Part shown: piece by piece, positions 1 through 9,350 of the stretch | Numbering within the stretch: the first letter of the stretch is position 1 | How the letters are laid out: each line of letters begins with the position of its first letter | Assembly (NCBI GenBank): GCA_964445795.1 | Contig: CAYULI010000012.1 | Location: forward strand, 580-64,579 | Length of the DNA: 64,000 nucleotides | Direction: 5' to 3' | Origin: an uncultured Nitrospira sp. | GTDB taxonomy: Bacteria; Nitrospirota; Nitrospiria; Nitrospirales; Nitrospiraceae | Notes under the pieces: model-generated | Database searches by the model: none | Seen by the model: only the letters and a program-made list of their open reading frames with translations | Told to the model about the DNA's origin: nothing | Program-made: the position numbers and the translations under genes

Positions 1-1
1 G

Positions 2-217
2 ATTCTTGAGGCGTTGGATGGGCCTGTATTTCATCGCGTGTTCCAACATGGATCAAGTTTGGATCGGCATGCGACGAAGCAAGAACTCGTGCTCGGGCAT
101 GTCTGGAGACAAGTCGAGCAAGCGGAGCGCGATGTGCTCCAGCGCATCACGATCGAGGAGCTTGCCGGTCGCCAGCGCGCAATAGAAGAGCGCCGTAACC
201 CGATGTACCACATCTAG
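2..217 (+). CDS. Partial (C-terminal) Rrf2/IscR/CymR-like transcriptional regulator
   Basis: The window opens inside an ORF in frame 2. ILEALDGPVFHRV...VWRQVEQAERDVLQRITIEELA resembles the C-terminal helix region of Rrf2-family regulators. It lies directly upstream of sulfur-assimilation genes. Only about 70 aa are visible. Confidence 0.4.
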   Translation: MLEALDGPVFHRVFQHGSSLDRHATKQELVLGHVWRQVEQAERDVLQRITIEELAGRQRAIEERRNPMYHI

Positions 218-301
218 GACGGATACAACCGATTCGCGACACACGGCGCTCGTGCCCCCGCAAGAACAAGACTTGGTAGGATTGCGAGAGGAGAAGAATC
301 C

Positions 302-2803
302 ATGACCCCGCAACAACTCAAACCGATCGAGATCCAGACCGCGCCCATTCCACCCGCCATCGCGGAAGAAATCGAAACCTTCGAAGCCGAAGCCACCCGT
401 CTCCTGGCCGGCGAGGTGTCCAGTGATCTCTTCAAACCCTTCCGGCTGCAATACGGGATCTACGGCCAGCGCCAACCCGGAGTGCAGATGGTGCGCATCA
501 AAATTCCGTTCGGCGGTATTTCGTCCAATCAGTTGCGTCGCGTCGCGGAACTAGCCGATCGCTACGCAACCGGCGTGGGCCATGTGACCACGCGACAGGA
601 CATTCAGATGCATTTCGTAGAATTGAAGGATGTGCCGATGATCATGCGCGGGCTGGCCGAAGTCGGATTGACCACGAGAGAAGCCTGCGCCAACACCGTG
701 CGCAACGTCACCGCCTGCCACCTTGCGGGGGTCTGCCGCGATGAGGTTTTCGACGTCACGCCGTACGCGAAAACCGTCGCATATCATCTCCTGCGGAATC
801 CGCTCAACCAGAGCCTTCCCAGGAAATTCAAGATCGCCTTTTCCGGCTGCGCCCATGATTGCGCGCTCACGCCGATCCACGATATCGGCCTGTTAGCTGT
901 GAAACGCGCCGACGGTGCGATCGGGTTCCGGATGGTGGTCGGCGGGGGGCTGGGGTCCGCCCCCCGCATCGCACAACTGCTCCGGGACTTTACCCCCATG
1001 AACGAGCTGATCCCCAGCATCGAGGCCGTCATCAAGGTCTTCGACACGTTGGGGAACCGCAAAAACCGCAACAAGGCCCGCATGAAGTTCGTCATCGAGA
1101 AGCTCGGCTTCGAGGAGTTCAAGCGTCGGTGGGAGACTGCCTATACGGAAATGGGCTACACCATCCCGATGAACGGAACGTTTGCGCTCCTTCAACACGT
1201 CGATGAGCCGCCTCCCCTGATCATGCCCGTGCGCAAGGACTCGTCGAACGGCTCGGGCAATCGTGATGGAAGGCCGAACGGGTCGGGCGGCGAAACGCCG
1301 TTTCACATGTGGAGACGGACGAACGTGGTCGCGCAGAAGCAGGTCGGCTATGTCACCGCGGCGATCAAGTTGTTCATGGGCGACATCACTGCCGAACAGA
1401 TGCTCGTCGTGGCCGATCTCGCGGAACGGTACTCCAACGGGAACCTCCGTACGACGATCAATCAAAATATCGTCATCCGCTGGATTCCAGAGGACCGGGT
1501 CCCTGAACTTTACGAGAACCTCGTGTCCTACAATCTCGCCGATCCCGGGGCGGAGTTGGTCGAGGACATCATTGCCTGCCCCGGTACCGATACCTGCGGA
1601 CTGGGGATTACCTCGTCGAAAGGCCTCGCGCGTGCGTTGGCGGAAGTGTTTCCGGCCGGCAGGGTTCCCGAAGACCTCCGTGGGGTGAGCGTCAAGGTCA
1701 GCGGGTGCCACAATTCCTGCGCCCAGCACCACATTGCGACGATCGGTTTGCACGGCGTCGGCAAGCGGATCGGCAACCATGTGGCCCCGCACTACGAGCT
1801 GCATCTGGGCGGATCCGTGAACGGTACCGCGAAGATCGGCCAGATGACGGTCAAGCTGCCGGCCAAAGCGGTGCCGGCAGCGCTCAACCATCTAGTCGAA
1901 GTCTATCGTCGCGAGCGCCAGGTCGGTGAAGGGCTGCCTGCGTTCATTGCACGAGTGGGGAAAAACAAACTTAAGGACGAACTCATCCCATACACAATCG
2001 TGCCGGCCTATGAGGAGGACCCGACGTTCTACTATGACTGGGAAGGCGAGGAAGAATTCGTGCTTGAGGATTTGGGACCAGGCGAATGTGCCGGCGGCGC
2101 TCTGGAATTGATCGAAAACGGCATCCTCGAAGCGGAACAGGAACTCTACCAGGCAAAACTGCTTGTGGAGAAACATCAGTATCCCGTGTCCGTGAACAAA
2201 ACCTACCGGGCGGTGCTGGCGGCGGCCAAGGCGCTGCTGGTGACCGAGGGGCTCGATCCGGCGACCGACGCGGAGGTCTTCCAGGAGTTCGAACGGCGGC
2301 TGGTGCCGAAAGGCGTCGTCCCCTCCATCTACAAGGACTTGGGTAAGCAGGTCGGCGACCTCGGCCCGAAGGACACCACAGCTCGCTCGGCCCAGGAGAA
2401 GATGGCTTTTGCGAAGGGGTTCGTGGACGCCTGCCGGGAGGCCACAGAAAAAATGGGCAAGGATCTTAAGCTCGCCTCGGCGCCCAAGCCCGCGACTCCG
2501 GCCCCCGTGGCTGGGTCGGCGTCACAGCCGCAGTCTGCCGCTGGTGCTCCGGCGCTGACCGGTGCACCCGTGTACGATTTGCGCGGCGTCGCCTGCCCGC
2601 TGAACTACGTCAAGACCAAACTTAAATTGGAGATGATGGACGCCGGCGAGCGACTGGAAGTCTGGCTGGATGCGGGCGAACCGATCAAGAACGTGCCGAT
2701 GAGCCTCAAGAACGACGGGCACAAGGTGTTATTGCAAGAGCCGTTGGAGGCGGAGGCTGCCCACTACCGGGTAGTGGTCGAGAAGGTCGAAGGGAAAGGG
2801 TAA
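302..2803 (+). CDS. sir: Ferredoxin-type sulfite (or nitrite) reductase hemoprotein fused to a helical domain and a C-terminal TusA/SirA-like sulfur-carrier domain
   Basis: GAGGAG RBS before the ATG. Siroheme/4Fe-4S cysteine motifs CPGTDTCGLG and SGCHNSCAQH. Ala/Pro/Ser-rich linker, then VYDLRGVACPLNYVKTKL...DGHKV (TusA-like CPxx motif) at nt 2570-2800. Followed by cysH, cysD and cysN. Confidence 0.85.
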   Translation: MTPQQLKPIEIQTAPIPPAIAEEIETFEAEATRLLAGEVSSDLFKPFRLQYGIYGQRQPGVQMVRIKIPFGGISSNQLRRVAELADRYATGVGHVTTRQDIQMHFVELKDVPMIMRGLAEVGLTTREACANTVRNVTACHLAGVCRDEVFDVTPYAKTVAYHLLRNPLNQSLPRKFKIAFSGCAHDCALTPIHDIGLLAVKRADGAIGFRMVVGGGLGSAPRIAQLLRDFTPMNELIPSIEAVIKVFDTLGNRKNRNKARMKFVIEKLGFEEFKRRWETAYTEMGYTIPMNGTFALLQHVDEPPPLIMPVRKDSSNGSGNRDGRPNGSGGETPFHMWRRTNVVAQKQVGYVTAAIKLFMGDITAEQMLVVADLAERYSNGNLRTTINQNIVIRWIPEDRVPELYENLVSYNLADPGAELVEDIIACPGTDTCGLGITSSKGLARALAEVFPAGRVPEDLRGVSVKVSGCHNSCAQHHIATIGLHGVGKRIGNHVAPHYELHLGGSVNGTAKIGQMTVKLPAKAVPAALNHLVEVYRRERQVGEGLPAFIARVGKNKLKDELIPYTIVPAYEEDPTFYYDWEGEEEFVLEDLGPGECAGGALELIENGILEAEQELYQAKLLVEKHQYPVSVNKTYRAVLAAAKALLVTEGLDPATDAEVFQEFERRLVPKGVVPSIYKDLGKQVGDLGPKDTTARSAQEKMAFAKGFVDACREATEKMGKDLKLASAPKPATPAPVAGSASQPQSAAGAPALTGAPVYDLRGVACPLNYVKTKLKLEMMDAGERLEVWLDAGEPIKNVPMSLKNDGHKVLLQEPLEAEAAHYRVVVEKVEGKG

Positions 2804-2820
2804 ACGGAGTCGTTTCGGCG

Positions 2821-3537
2821 ATGACGGCGCAGGCTCACTCTGAAAAGAGTGCGGAACTCAGGGCGTGGGGGGATTCGTTTGAGTCCAAGCAGCCGCAGGA
2901 GATACTGGCTGCGGCGATTGGACGGTATGCTCCCAAGATCGTCCTGGCGTGCAGTTTCGGCGCGGAAGATGTAGTGCTCGTCGACATGGTGCAGCGCATC
3001 GATCCGTCGATCCCGCTGTTTTATCTCGACACAGATTTTCTGTTTCCCGAGACCTATGCAACGAGGGATCGCATCGTCGAACGCTACAGGTTGAAACCCG
3101 CGCAGGTCCTCCAAGTCAAATCGCTGCTCACGCCGGACCGTCAGGCCGAACTCCATGGGGACGCCCTCTGGGCCAAGGATCCGGATCTCTGCTGCCAGTT
3201 GCGCAAGGTCGAGCCACTCACCCGTGTGCTGCGGAGTTTCGACGCCTGGATCACCGGCATCCGGCGCGACCAGGCCCCCTCGCGGGCGAGTGCCGGGGTG
3301 ATCGAGTGGGATCAGAAATTCGGACTCGTGAAAGTGAACCCCTTGGCGCGATGGAGTTGGGCCGATGTCTGGACCTACCTGCGGATCCATGAAGTGCCCT
3401 ACAATCCTCTGCACGACCGGAACTATCCCAGCATCGGCTGCACCCATTGCACTGCCCCGGTCAGCTCCGGCGAGGACCCGCGAGCTGGCCGCTGGAAAAA
3501 TTTTGCGAAAACCGAGTGCGGATTACACAAAGCCTGA
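2821..3537 (+). CDS. cysH: Adenylylsulfate (APS) reductase, thioredoxin-dependent, Fe-S type (CysH family)
   Basis: PAPS-reductase fold (ACSFGAEDVVLVDM). Cys pairs CC (DLCCQLRKVEPL) and CTHC are typical of the 4Fe-4S APS-reductase subclass. C-terminal catalytic ECGLH. Confidence 0.9.
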   Translation: MTAQAHSEKSAELRAWGDSFESKQPQEILAAAIGRYAPKIVLACSFGAEDVVLVDMVQRIDPSIPLFYLDTDFLFPETYATRDRIVERYRLKPAQVLQVKSLLTPDRQAELHGDALWAKDPDLCCQLRKVEPLTRVLRSFDAWITGIRRDQAPSRASAGVIEWDQKFGLVKVNPLARWSWADVWTYLRIHEVPYNPLHDRNYPSIGCTHCTAPVSSGEDPRAGRWKNFAKTECGLHKA

Positions 3538-3538
3538 T

Positions 3539-4597
3539 ATGCCGTTCCAGGACTTGCTTGCCAAAGTGGCTAAAGGCCCCAAGGTCTCCAAAGACCTGAC
3601 GTGGGAAGAGTCCAAGCAGGCGATGAAGGCCTTGATCGAGGGGCAGGCCACACCGGCGCAGGTCGGGGCGTTCCTCATTGCGATCCGGTTCAAGATGGAA
3701 TCGGTGACCGAACTGGCCGGTTTCACCGCTGCGGCGCGGCAGTACGTCCCGCCTTTGCCGGTGTCGCGGGACCTGCCACTGGTCGACGTGCCGAGTTATG
3801 CCGGCAAACAGGAGACGTTTCACGCGTTGGTCGCCGCATCGATCGTCGCCGCCGCCGCCGGGGCAGCCGTGCTCATGCACGGCTATGACGGCATCCCTGG
3901 GAGACCCGGCAGCGCGGGAGCCTTGAAGGCCCTCGGCATTCCGATCGACCTGGAACCCAAGGCGGTGGCGGATGAACTCGGGAAGAAAGGTTTCGCCTAT
4001 TTGGACATCGGGCTTTATCATCCACCGGTCTACCGCTTTCTGGAGATGCGTCAGGAGCTGGGCGTGCGGAACGTGTTCCATCCGGTGGCCAGGCTCTTGA
4101 ATCCCGCCCGAGCCGCGGCACAGGTCGTGGGGCTTTCGCATCCCCCGCACTTCGAGAAAACTGCTGAGGCCCTGCGGATGCTCGGCTCCCCCCGCGCGCT
4201 CGTCATTCGCGGGGTCGAAGGAGACCCGGAACTCTCCAATTCAGCGGTGACGCGGGTGCTCGAGCTACGGGACGAGCGCATCACGCCGTTCGGGGTGTCG
4301 CCGAAAGATTTCGGGTTGGCGCTCGGCTCGTCGCGCGACATGGCGGGGTTTCCTCCCGATTCGCGGGACAAAGAGGCGGACCTGCTGCGGCGGATCCTGC
4401 AGAATCAAGTTCAAGGCGGACAAAAAGATTGGGTCCTCATGAACGCCGCGCTGCTGCTCTATGCGGCCGGCAAGGGGGCGTCGCTTGCGGCCTGTTTGCC
4501 CGCTGCCCGGGCGGCCGTGGAGGGCGGAGTGGCGGCGCGCAAGCTGGAAGAGCTCGCGCAAGAGGCCGCGGCGCCGGCAGCGGCGCGGCGCGGCTGA
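3539..4597 (+). CDS. TrpD-like (glycosyl transferase family 3 fold) protein with degenerate catalytic motifs
   Basis: N-terminal helical bundle ([33 protein letters not shown]) and the overall fold pattern of anthranilate phosphoribosyltransferase. GTGGD is replaced by PSYAGK and KHGNR by MHGYD. The ATG at 3539 lies 1 nt after the cysH stop (TGATATG). Confidence 0.7.
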   Translation: MPFQDLLAKVAKGPKVSKDLTWEESKQAMKALIEGQATPAQVGAFLIAIRFKMESVTELAGFTAAARQYVPPLPVSRDLPLVDVPSYAGKQETFHALVAASIVAAAAGAAVLMHGYDGIPGRPGSAGALKALGIPIDLEPKAVADELGKKGFAYLDIGLYHPPVYRFLEMRQELGVRNVFHPVARLLNPARAAAQVVGLSHPPHFEKTAEALRMLGSPRALVIRGVEGDPELSNSAVTRVLELRDERITPFGVSPKDFGLALGSSRDMAGFPPDSRDKEADLLRRILQNQVQGGQKDWVLMNAALLLYAAGKGASLAACLPAARAAVEGGVAARKLEELAQEAAAPAAARRG

Positions 4598-4614
4598 CGA
4601 AAGGCTTACGGGAC

Positions 4615-5412
4615 GTGAAACACCTGCGCCAACTGGAAGATCAAAGCGTCTACATTCTCCGGGAAGCATACAAACACTTTGACAATCTGGCCATGCTGTG
4701 GTCGATGGGCAAGGATTCCACGGTGCTGCTGTGGCTCGCGCGCAAAGCATTCTTTGGGCATGTGCCATTTCCGCTGTTGCATGTCGATACCAGCTATAAA
4801 ATTCCGGCGATGATCGAGTATCGAGACCGGCTGGCGCGCGAGTGGCGCTTGAACCTCGTCGTCGGCCAGAACAAGGAAGCGCTCGCCGCCGGTATGAATC
4901 ACACGATGGGCCGCGTCGTGTGCTGCACGGCGCTGAAGACGAACGGACTCAAGCAGTTGATCGAGCAAAAGGGGTACACCGGCATCATTCTCGGCGTCCG
5001 AGCCGACGAAGAAGGCACCAGGGCCAAAGAACGCTACTTTTCGCCGCGCGACAAGCACGGCGATTGGGATTTCCGCGATCAGCCTCCAGAGCTGTGGGAC
5101 CAATACAAGACGACCTTCCCACCGGGTACGCATATCCGAATTCATCCATTGCTGGACTGGACGGAGATCAACATCTGGGAATACATCAAGCTCGAGAACA
5201 TTCCCTTCATCGATCTTTATCTCGATAAGGGGGACGGGACCCGCTATCGGAGCCTCGGCTGTGCGCCCTGCACGACGCCGATCAAATCGACGGCGAAGAG
5301 CGTGGACGACATCATCGAGGAGCTCCGGCACACGACTGTGGCGGAGCGATCGGGACGAGCGCAGGACGAAGGGCGCGGAATGGAGCTGTTGAGAAAAGAC
5401 GGGTATATGTGA
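4615..5412 (+). CDS. cysD: Sulfate adenylyltransferase subunit 2
   Basis: PP-loop [13 protein letters not shown] and strong CysD-like sequence throughout. GTG at 4615 chosen because the longer ORF from 4429 overlaps the upstream gene. Start is uncertain. Confidence 0.9.
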   Translation: MKHLRQLEDQSVYILREAYKHFDNLAMLWSMGKDSTVLLWLARKAFFGHVPFPLLHVDTSYKIPAMIEYRDRLAREWRLNLVVGQNKEALAAGMNHTMGRVVCCTALKTNGLKQLIEQKGYTGIILGVRADEEGTRAKERYFSPRDKHGDWDFRDQPPELWDQYKTTFPPGTHIRIHPLLDWTEINIWEYIKLENIPFIDLYLDKGDGTRYRSLGCAPCTTPIKSTAKSVDDIIEELRHTTVAERSGRAQDEGRGMELLRKDGYM

Positions 5413-5501
5413 GATGAGAGCCAAACCGCGGGGCCCGCGAGAAAATCGCGAGCGGTCCCTCACCCCCGTCGCGAAGGCTCACGAAAAGGGTTTGCAGAAA
5501 C

Positions 5502-7361
5502 ATGACGACTAAGAGTGAAGCATCGAGGGCCACGAAGCCCGACGAGACGATGAATATCGTGATCGTCGGTCATGTGGACCACGGCAAGTCGACCCTGCTC
5601 GGGCGACTCTATGCCGACACGGGATCGCTCCCGGACGGCAAGCTGGAAAAGGTCCAAGCCATCTGCCGGCAGCAGGGAAAAGAATTCGAGTACGCCTTCC
5701 TCTTCGACGCATTTTTGGAAGAGCAGGAGCAGGGCATCACGATCGACACCGCGCGCACCTTCTTTATCTGGAAGGGTCGGCAGTACATCATCATCGATGC
5801 GCCGGGGCATAAGGAATTCCTCAAGAACATGATTTCCGGTGCCGCCCGGGCGGAAGCGGCGCTGCTCCTCATCGACGCTCTCGAAGGTGTGAAGGAGCAG
5901 TCGAAGAAGCACGGTTATCTGTTGTCGCTCTTGGGTGTCCGCCAGTTCGCCGTCGTCGTCAACAAGATGGATCTCGTCGGCTACCGGCAGGACGTATTCG
6001 AGGGGATCGAGAAGGAGTACCGGGAATTTCTCGCCCAGTTCAAAGCGGTGCCGTCCCAGTTCATTCCTGTCAGCGCCAAGCTCGGAGACAACATCGTTGG
6101 ACGAAGCGAGAAGCTGGGCTGGTACCGCGGCCCCACCGTCCTGGACACGTTGAGTGCCTTCAGGAAGGAGACGGCCCGCTCGGAACAGCCGCTCAGGTTT
6201 CCCGTACAGGACGTATACAAGTTCGACGCGCGGCGCATCATCGCGGGCCGGATCACCACCGGCCGGCTGAAAGTTGGCGACCAGCTCGTGTTTTCGCCGT
6301 CGAACAAGCGGGCCAACATCAAGTCCGTGGAAGCGTTCAACATCGACCCGCCTCCGACGCAAGGGGAAGCGGGGCAGTCCATCGGGATCACACTCGATGA
6401 GCAGATCTTCGTCGAGCGCGGCGAGATCGCCACCCACCCAACCCACCTGCCCTTGGTCTCGACGGCGTTCCGAGCGAACCTCTTCTGGCTAGGGAAAAGG
6501 CCGCTGGAGAAGGGCCGCAAATACCAGCTCCGCGTGGCGACCAAGGAGATCGATTGCGAGGTGGCGGCGATCCATCGGATCATCGACACGATGGACCTGG
6601 CCCAGCAACAGGGCAGCCACGCCGTGGCGAAAAATCAGGTGGCGGAACTCACCCTGCGGACGAAGGCTCCGGTGGCGTTCGATCTGTCGGCCTCCTTCGA
6701 AGCGACTGGCCGATTCGTCCTCGTAGACGACTACGACATCGCCGGGGGCGGTATCATCACCGAACTGGTGCATGACGACCAGGAGTTCCTGCGCGAAGAG
6801 GCCCGCCGCCGCGATTTCGCCTGGGTCAAGGGTGAAGTCAGTATGGAGGACCGGGCCATGCAGTACGGGCATCGAGCGGCTGTAGTGCTGTTCACGGGCG
6901 GGCGACATACGGGGAAATCGTTTCTAGCGCGGAAGCTGGAGGCGCGCCTGGTCGCCGACGGCCGGCACGCCTATCTGTTGGATGGTGAGAACCTGCGCCG
7001 GGGACTCGACGCCGACTTGAGCGAGGATGAGCGCGGGCAATCCGCGGAGATGGCCAGACGCTACGGGGAAGTGGCGCGGCTCCTGATCGATACGGGATTG
7101 ATCGTCGTCTCGACGACGAATCCGTTCGGATTGGCCTACCGCGAGGCGGTCCAGGCGATTCGCACGCTGGTCCATCCGGCGCCCGTCATCGCCGTGCACA
7201 TGAGCAAGACGGACGAAGAGCCGCCGCCCAACACCGACGTCGTGCTGGTCGGGCCGACGGATTTCGATGCGGCCACCCAGCGGATCATGGACGAGCTGAA
7301 GCGGCGGGGGGTACTTGCGCAAGCGATCGGCGCCAAGCCTACATTTCAGTATTCGATCTAG
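5502..7361 (+). CDS. cysN: Bifunctional sulfate adenylyltransferase subunit 1 / APS-kinase-like domain (CysN/CysC fusion)
   Basis: EF-Tu-like GTPase motifs [14 protein letters not shown] and NKMD. C-terminal about 170 aa with P-loop TGGRHTGKS and [10 protein letters not shown], resembling APS kinase. Confidence 0.9.
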   Translation: MTTKSEASRATKPDETMNIVIVGHVDHGKSTLLGRLYADTGSLPDGKLEKVQAICRQQGKEFEYAFLFDAFLEEQEQGITIDTARTFFIWKGRQYIIIDAPGHKEFLKNMISGAARAEAALLLIDALEGVKEQSKKHGYLLSLLGVRQFAVVVNKMDLVGYRQDVFEGIEKEYREFLAQFKAVPSQFIPVSAKLGDNIVGRSEKLGWYRGPTVLDTLSAFRKETARSEQPLRFPVQDVYKFDARRIIAGRITTGRLKVGDQLVFSPSNKRANIKSVEAFNIDPPPTQGEAGQSIGITLDEQIFVERGEIATHPTHLPLVSTAFRANLFWLGKRPLEKGRKYQLRVATKEIDCEVAAIHRIIDTMDLAQQQGSHAVAKNQVAELTLRTKAPVAFDLSASFEATGRFVLVDDYDIAGGGIITELVHDDQEFLREEARRRDFAWVKGEVSMEDRAMQYGHRAAVVLFTGGRHTGKSFLARKLEARLVADGRHAYLLDGENLRRGLDADLSEDERGQSAEMARRYGEVARLLIDTGLIVVSTTNPFGLAYREAVQAIRTLVHPAPVIAVHMSKTDEEPPPNTDVVLVGPTDFDAATQRIMDELKRRGVLAQAIGAKPTFQYSI

Positions 7362-7507
7362 CCGGTGTTTTCCGAAAATCGAAGTCCAAGCGGGCGCTTC
7401 ACGGGTTGGGATTACCCCGTTCGAGCGGTTTGACTCGCCCAAAATCCCTGTGCTACGGTAGCTTCCTTACAATTCTCGTTACCACCAGACCAGGCAGCGG
7501 TAGGGCT

Positions 7508-8428
7508 ATGGCACCGGAGAAGGACTTAAAGACGATCCTCGGGAAATTGCGGTATTCGGACGATGCGAAGGTCGTCCAGCAGATTACCGAGCAAACCAGG
7601 CAGGTCCATGCTCGGATGGCCGGCATCAGGCACAAGCTGGTCGTAATGAGCGGAAAAGGTGGGGTCGGGAAAAGCATGACCACGGTCAACCTGGCCCTCG
7701 CGTTGGCCCGCCAGGGTGCCAAGGTAGGCTTGCTCGATGTGGACCTCAACGGCCCCTGCGTGCCCCGCATGCTCGGTCTGCACGGCCGCTCGTTGACGAT
7801 AACGCCGGAAGGAGCGGTGCCGCCGGTAGGGCCGCTCGGCGTGAAGGTCGCGTCGATGGATTTCTTTCTCGACGACGCGTCGCCCGTCCGCTGGAAGGGG
7901 CCGATGGATGTCAGTCCCGTGTGGCTGGGCGTGATGGAAATGAACGTCATTCGGGAATTTCTCGCCGACGTGGTGTGGGGCGAGTTGGATTTTCTGCTCG
8001 CCGATCTGCCTCCCGGAGCTGCTGCCGATAAGCCGCCCGTGATCGCAGGATTTATTCCCGATCTCGCCGGCGCCATCGTTGTCACGACTCCCTCCGAAGT
8101 GGCCTCGGACGTAGTCCAGAAATCCGTCACCTACGCGCGCGATATGGGCATCAGGGTTCTCGGCCTCGTCGAAAACATGAGCGAGTATCGCTGCCCGTCC
8201 TGCGGCGAGGTGAATGAGCTGTTCGAGGGGAATACCGCGGCAATGTGCGAAGTCTTGGACCTCCCCCTACTCGGCCGGATTCCGTTCGATCGCAAACTGG
8301 CTCGGACGTTCGATAAGGGCGAACCGTTGCTCGACGAGAACTATCCGACGATCCAGCGGTACCAGGAAATCGCCGGCCGCATCCGCACGCTGCTCGATTA
8401 TAAGAAGGTCCTGGCTGAAAAATTATGA
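7508..8428 (+). CDS. apbC: Mrp/ApbC/NBP35-family Fe-S cluster carrier ATPase
   Basis: Deviant Walker A SGKGGVGKS, Mrp signature region and the CPSCG cysteine pair. ATG at 7508 inside the longer ORF. Confidence 0.85.
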   Translation: MAPEKDLKTILGKLRYSDDAKVVQQITEQTRQVHARMAGIRHKLVVMSGKGGVGKSMTTVNLALALARQGAKVGLLDVDLNGPCVPRMLGLHGRSLTITPEGAVPPVGPLGVKVASMDFFLDDASPVRWKGPMDVSPVWLGVMEMNVIREFLADVVWGELDFLLADLPPGAAADKPPVIAGFIPDLAGAIVVTTPSEVASDVVQKSVTYARDMGIRVLGLVENMSEYRCPSCGEVNELFEGNTAAMCEVLDLPLLGRIPFDRKLARTFDKGEPLLDENYPTIQRYQEIAGRIRTLLDYKKVLAEKL

Positions 8429-8513
8429 TGAGCGTTCAGCTCCTGAGCAGAGGGAGGCAGTTCGGCCGCCGATGGCTGAAGCCTGTTAGCTGTTCGCTTG
8501 CCTGGAGGACATT

Positions 8514-9266
8514 ATGAAATTCGTTTGCCTCAACTGCGAAACGTACATGAACTTCGAGAAAGTCGAAAAGCCCGGCGAAGGATCGCTCGGCGTATTCTTC
8601 GGCTGCCCGTCCTGTAATGCGAAGTTCTCCATGGTGACGAATCCGGGCGAAACCCAGATGGTGAGTTCCTTGGGAGTGAAGCTGGGCGGCCGAACCGAAG
8701 CGGCAGAACCCTTCGAGATGACGCGCGGCACGCTCAAGGCCGAGGCCCTGGCCGGGGCTGGCCAAATGGGGGCTTATCTCAACGAGAAAATTCAAGGCGG
8801 GCAACCGGTGGCGGCGGTGTCGCCGGCTAAGGCCGGAGAAAAAACAGGTGGAGGCTGTCCATTTTCCGCAATGGTGGCCGAGATGGGGTTGACGAGCGGG
8901 GCTAACAAGCCGGGGAGCGGCACGGCCGCGACCGCGTCGGAGTTTACGTGGACGCCCGATGCCAAGGAGAAGCTCGACCGGCTGCCCTCCTTTGTTAGGC
9001 CGATGGTTCAGGGCAGCGTGGAGGCCTATGCTCGGAAGCACGGTTTCAAGACCATCACGCTGCAAGTCATGGACGATTCCAAGAACGATTCGCCGAACGG
9101 TATGGTCTGGTCGCGCGAGGCCGAGCAGCGCCTGGAGAATATTCCGGATTTCATCCGGCCGATGGCCCGCAAGGAGATCGAGCGGGTGGCGAAGGAGCGC
9201 GGGCTTGCGACAATCACCGCACAGGTGATGGATGAGGCCAAGGACAAGTTCATGAAGTTCATGTAA
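8514..9266 (+). CDS. Zinc-ribbon protein with two PCP_red-like repeats (protochlorophyllide reductase B C-terminal-like domain)
   Basis: GGAGG RBS. N-terminal CLNC...CPSC ribbon, then two copies of W-[TS]-x-[ED]-A-x(3)-L-x(2)-[IL]-P-x-F-[VI]-RPM...A[RK]xxG. 85 nt downstream of apbC on the same strand. Confidence 0.7.
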   Translation: MKFVCLNCETYMNFEKVEKPGEGSLGVFFGCPSCNAKFSMVTNPGETQMVSSLGVKLGGRTEAAEPFEMTRGTLKAEALAGAGQMGAYLNEKIQGGQPVAAVSPAKAGEKTGGGCPFSAMVAEMGLTSGANKPGSGTAATASEFTWTPDAKEKLDRLPSFVRPMVQGSVEAYARKHGFKTITLQVMDDSKNDSPNGMVWSREAEQRLENIPDFIRPMARKEIERVAKERGLATITAQVMDEAKDKFMKFM

Positions 9267-9295
9267 GTGCCGGCCACCGGAATCAGCGGTCGTTG

Positions 9296-9330
9296 AGGCC
9301 CATTCGGTCTTCCGAATGGGCCTTTCCTTT
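9296..9330 (+). terminator. Rho-independent terminator closing the sulfur/apbC/PCP_red operon
   Basis: Perfect 12-bp stem AGGCCCATTCGG / CCGAATGGGCCT, TCTT loop, followed by TTTCCTTT. Confidence 0.7.
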
Positions 9331-9350
9331 GCCGGACAGCGACTCCCTCC

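Noticed and set aside
893-1891. 332-aa minus-strand ORF antisense to the sulfite reductase gene.
   Set aside because: Arg/His/Asp/Gly-rich composition and no motifs. It fully overlaps a gene with clear catalytic motifs, which is a typical high-GC antisense artefact.
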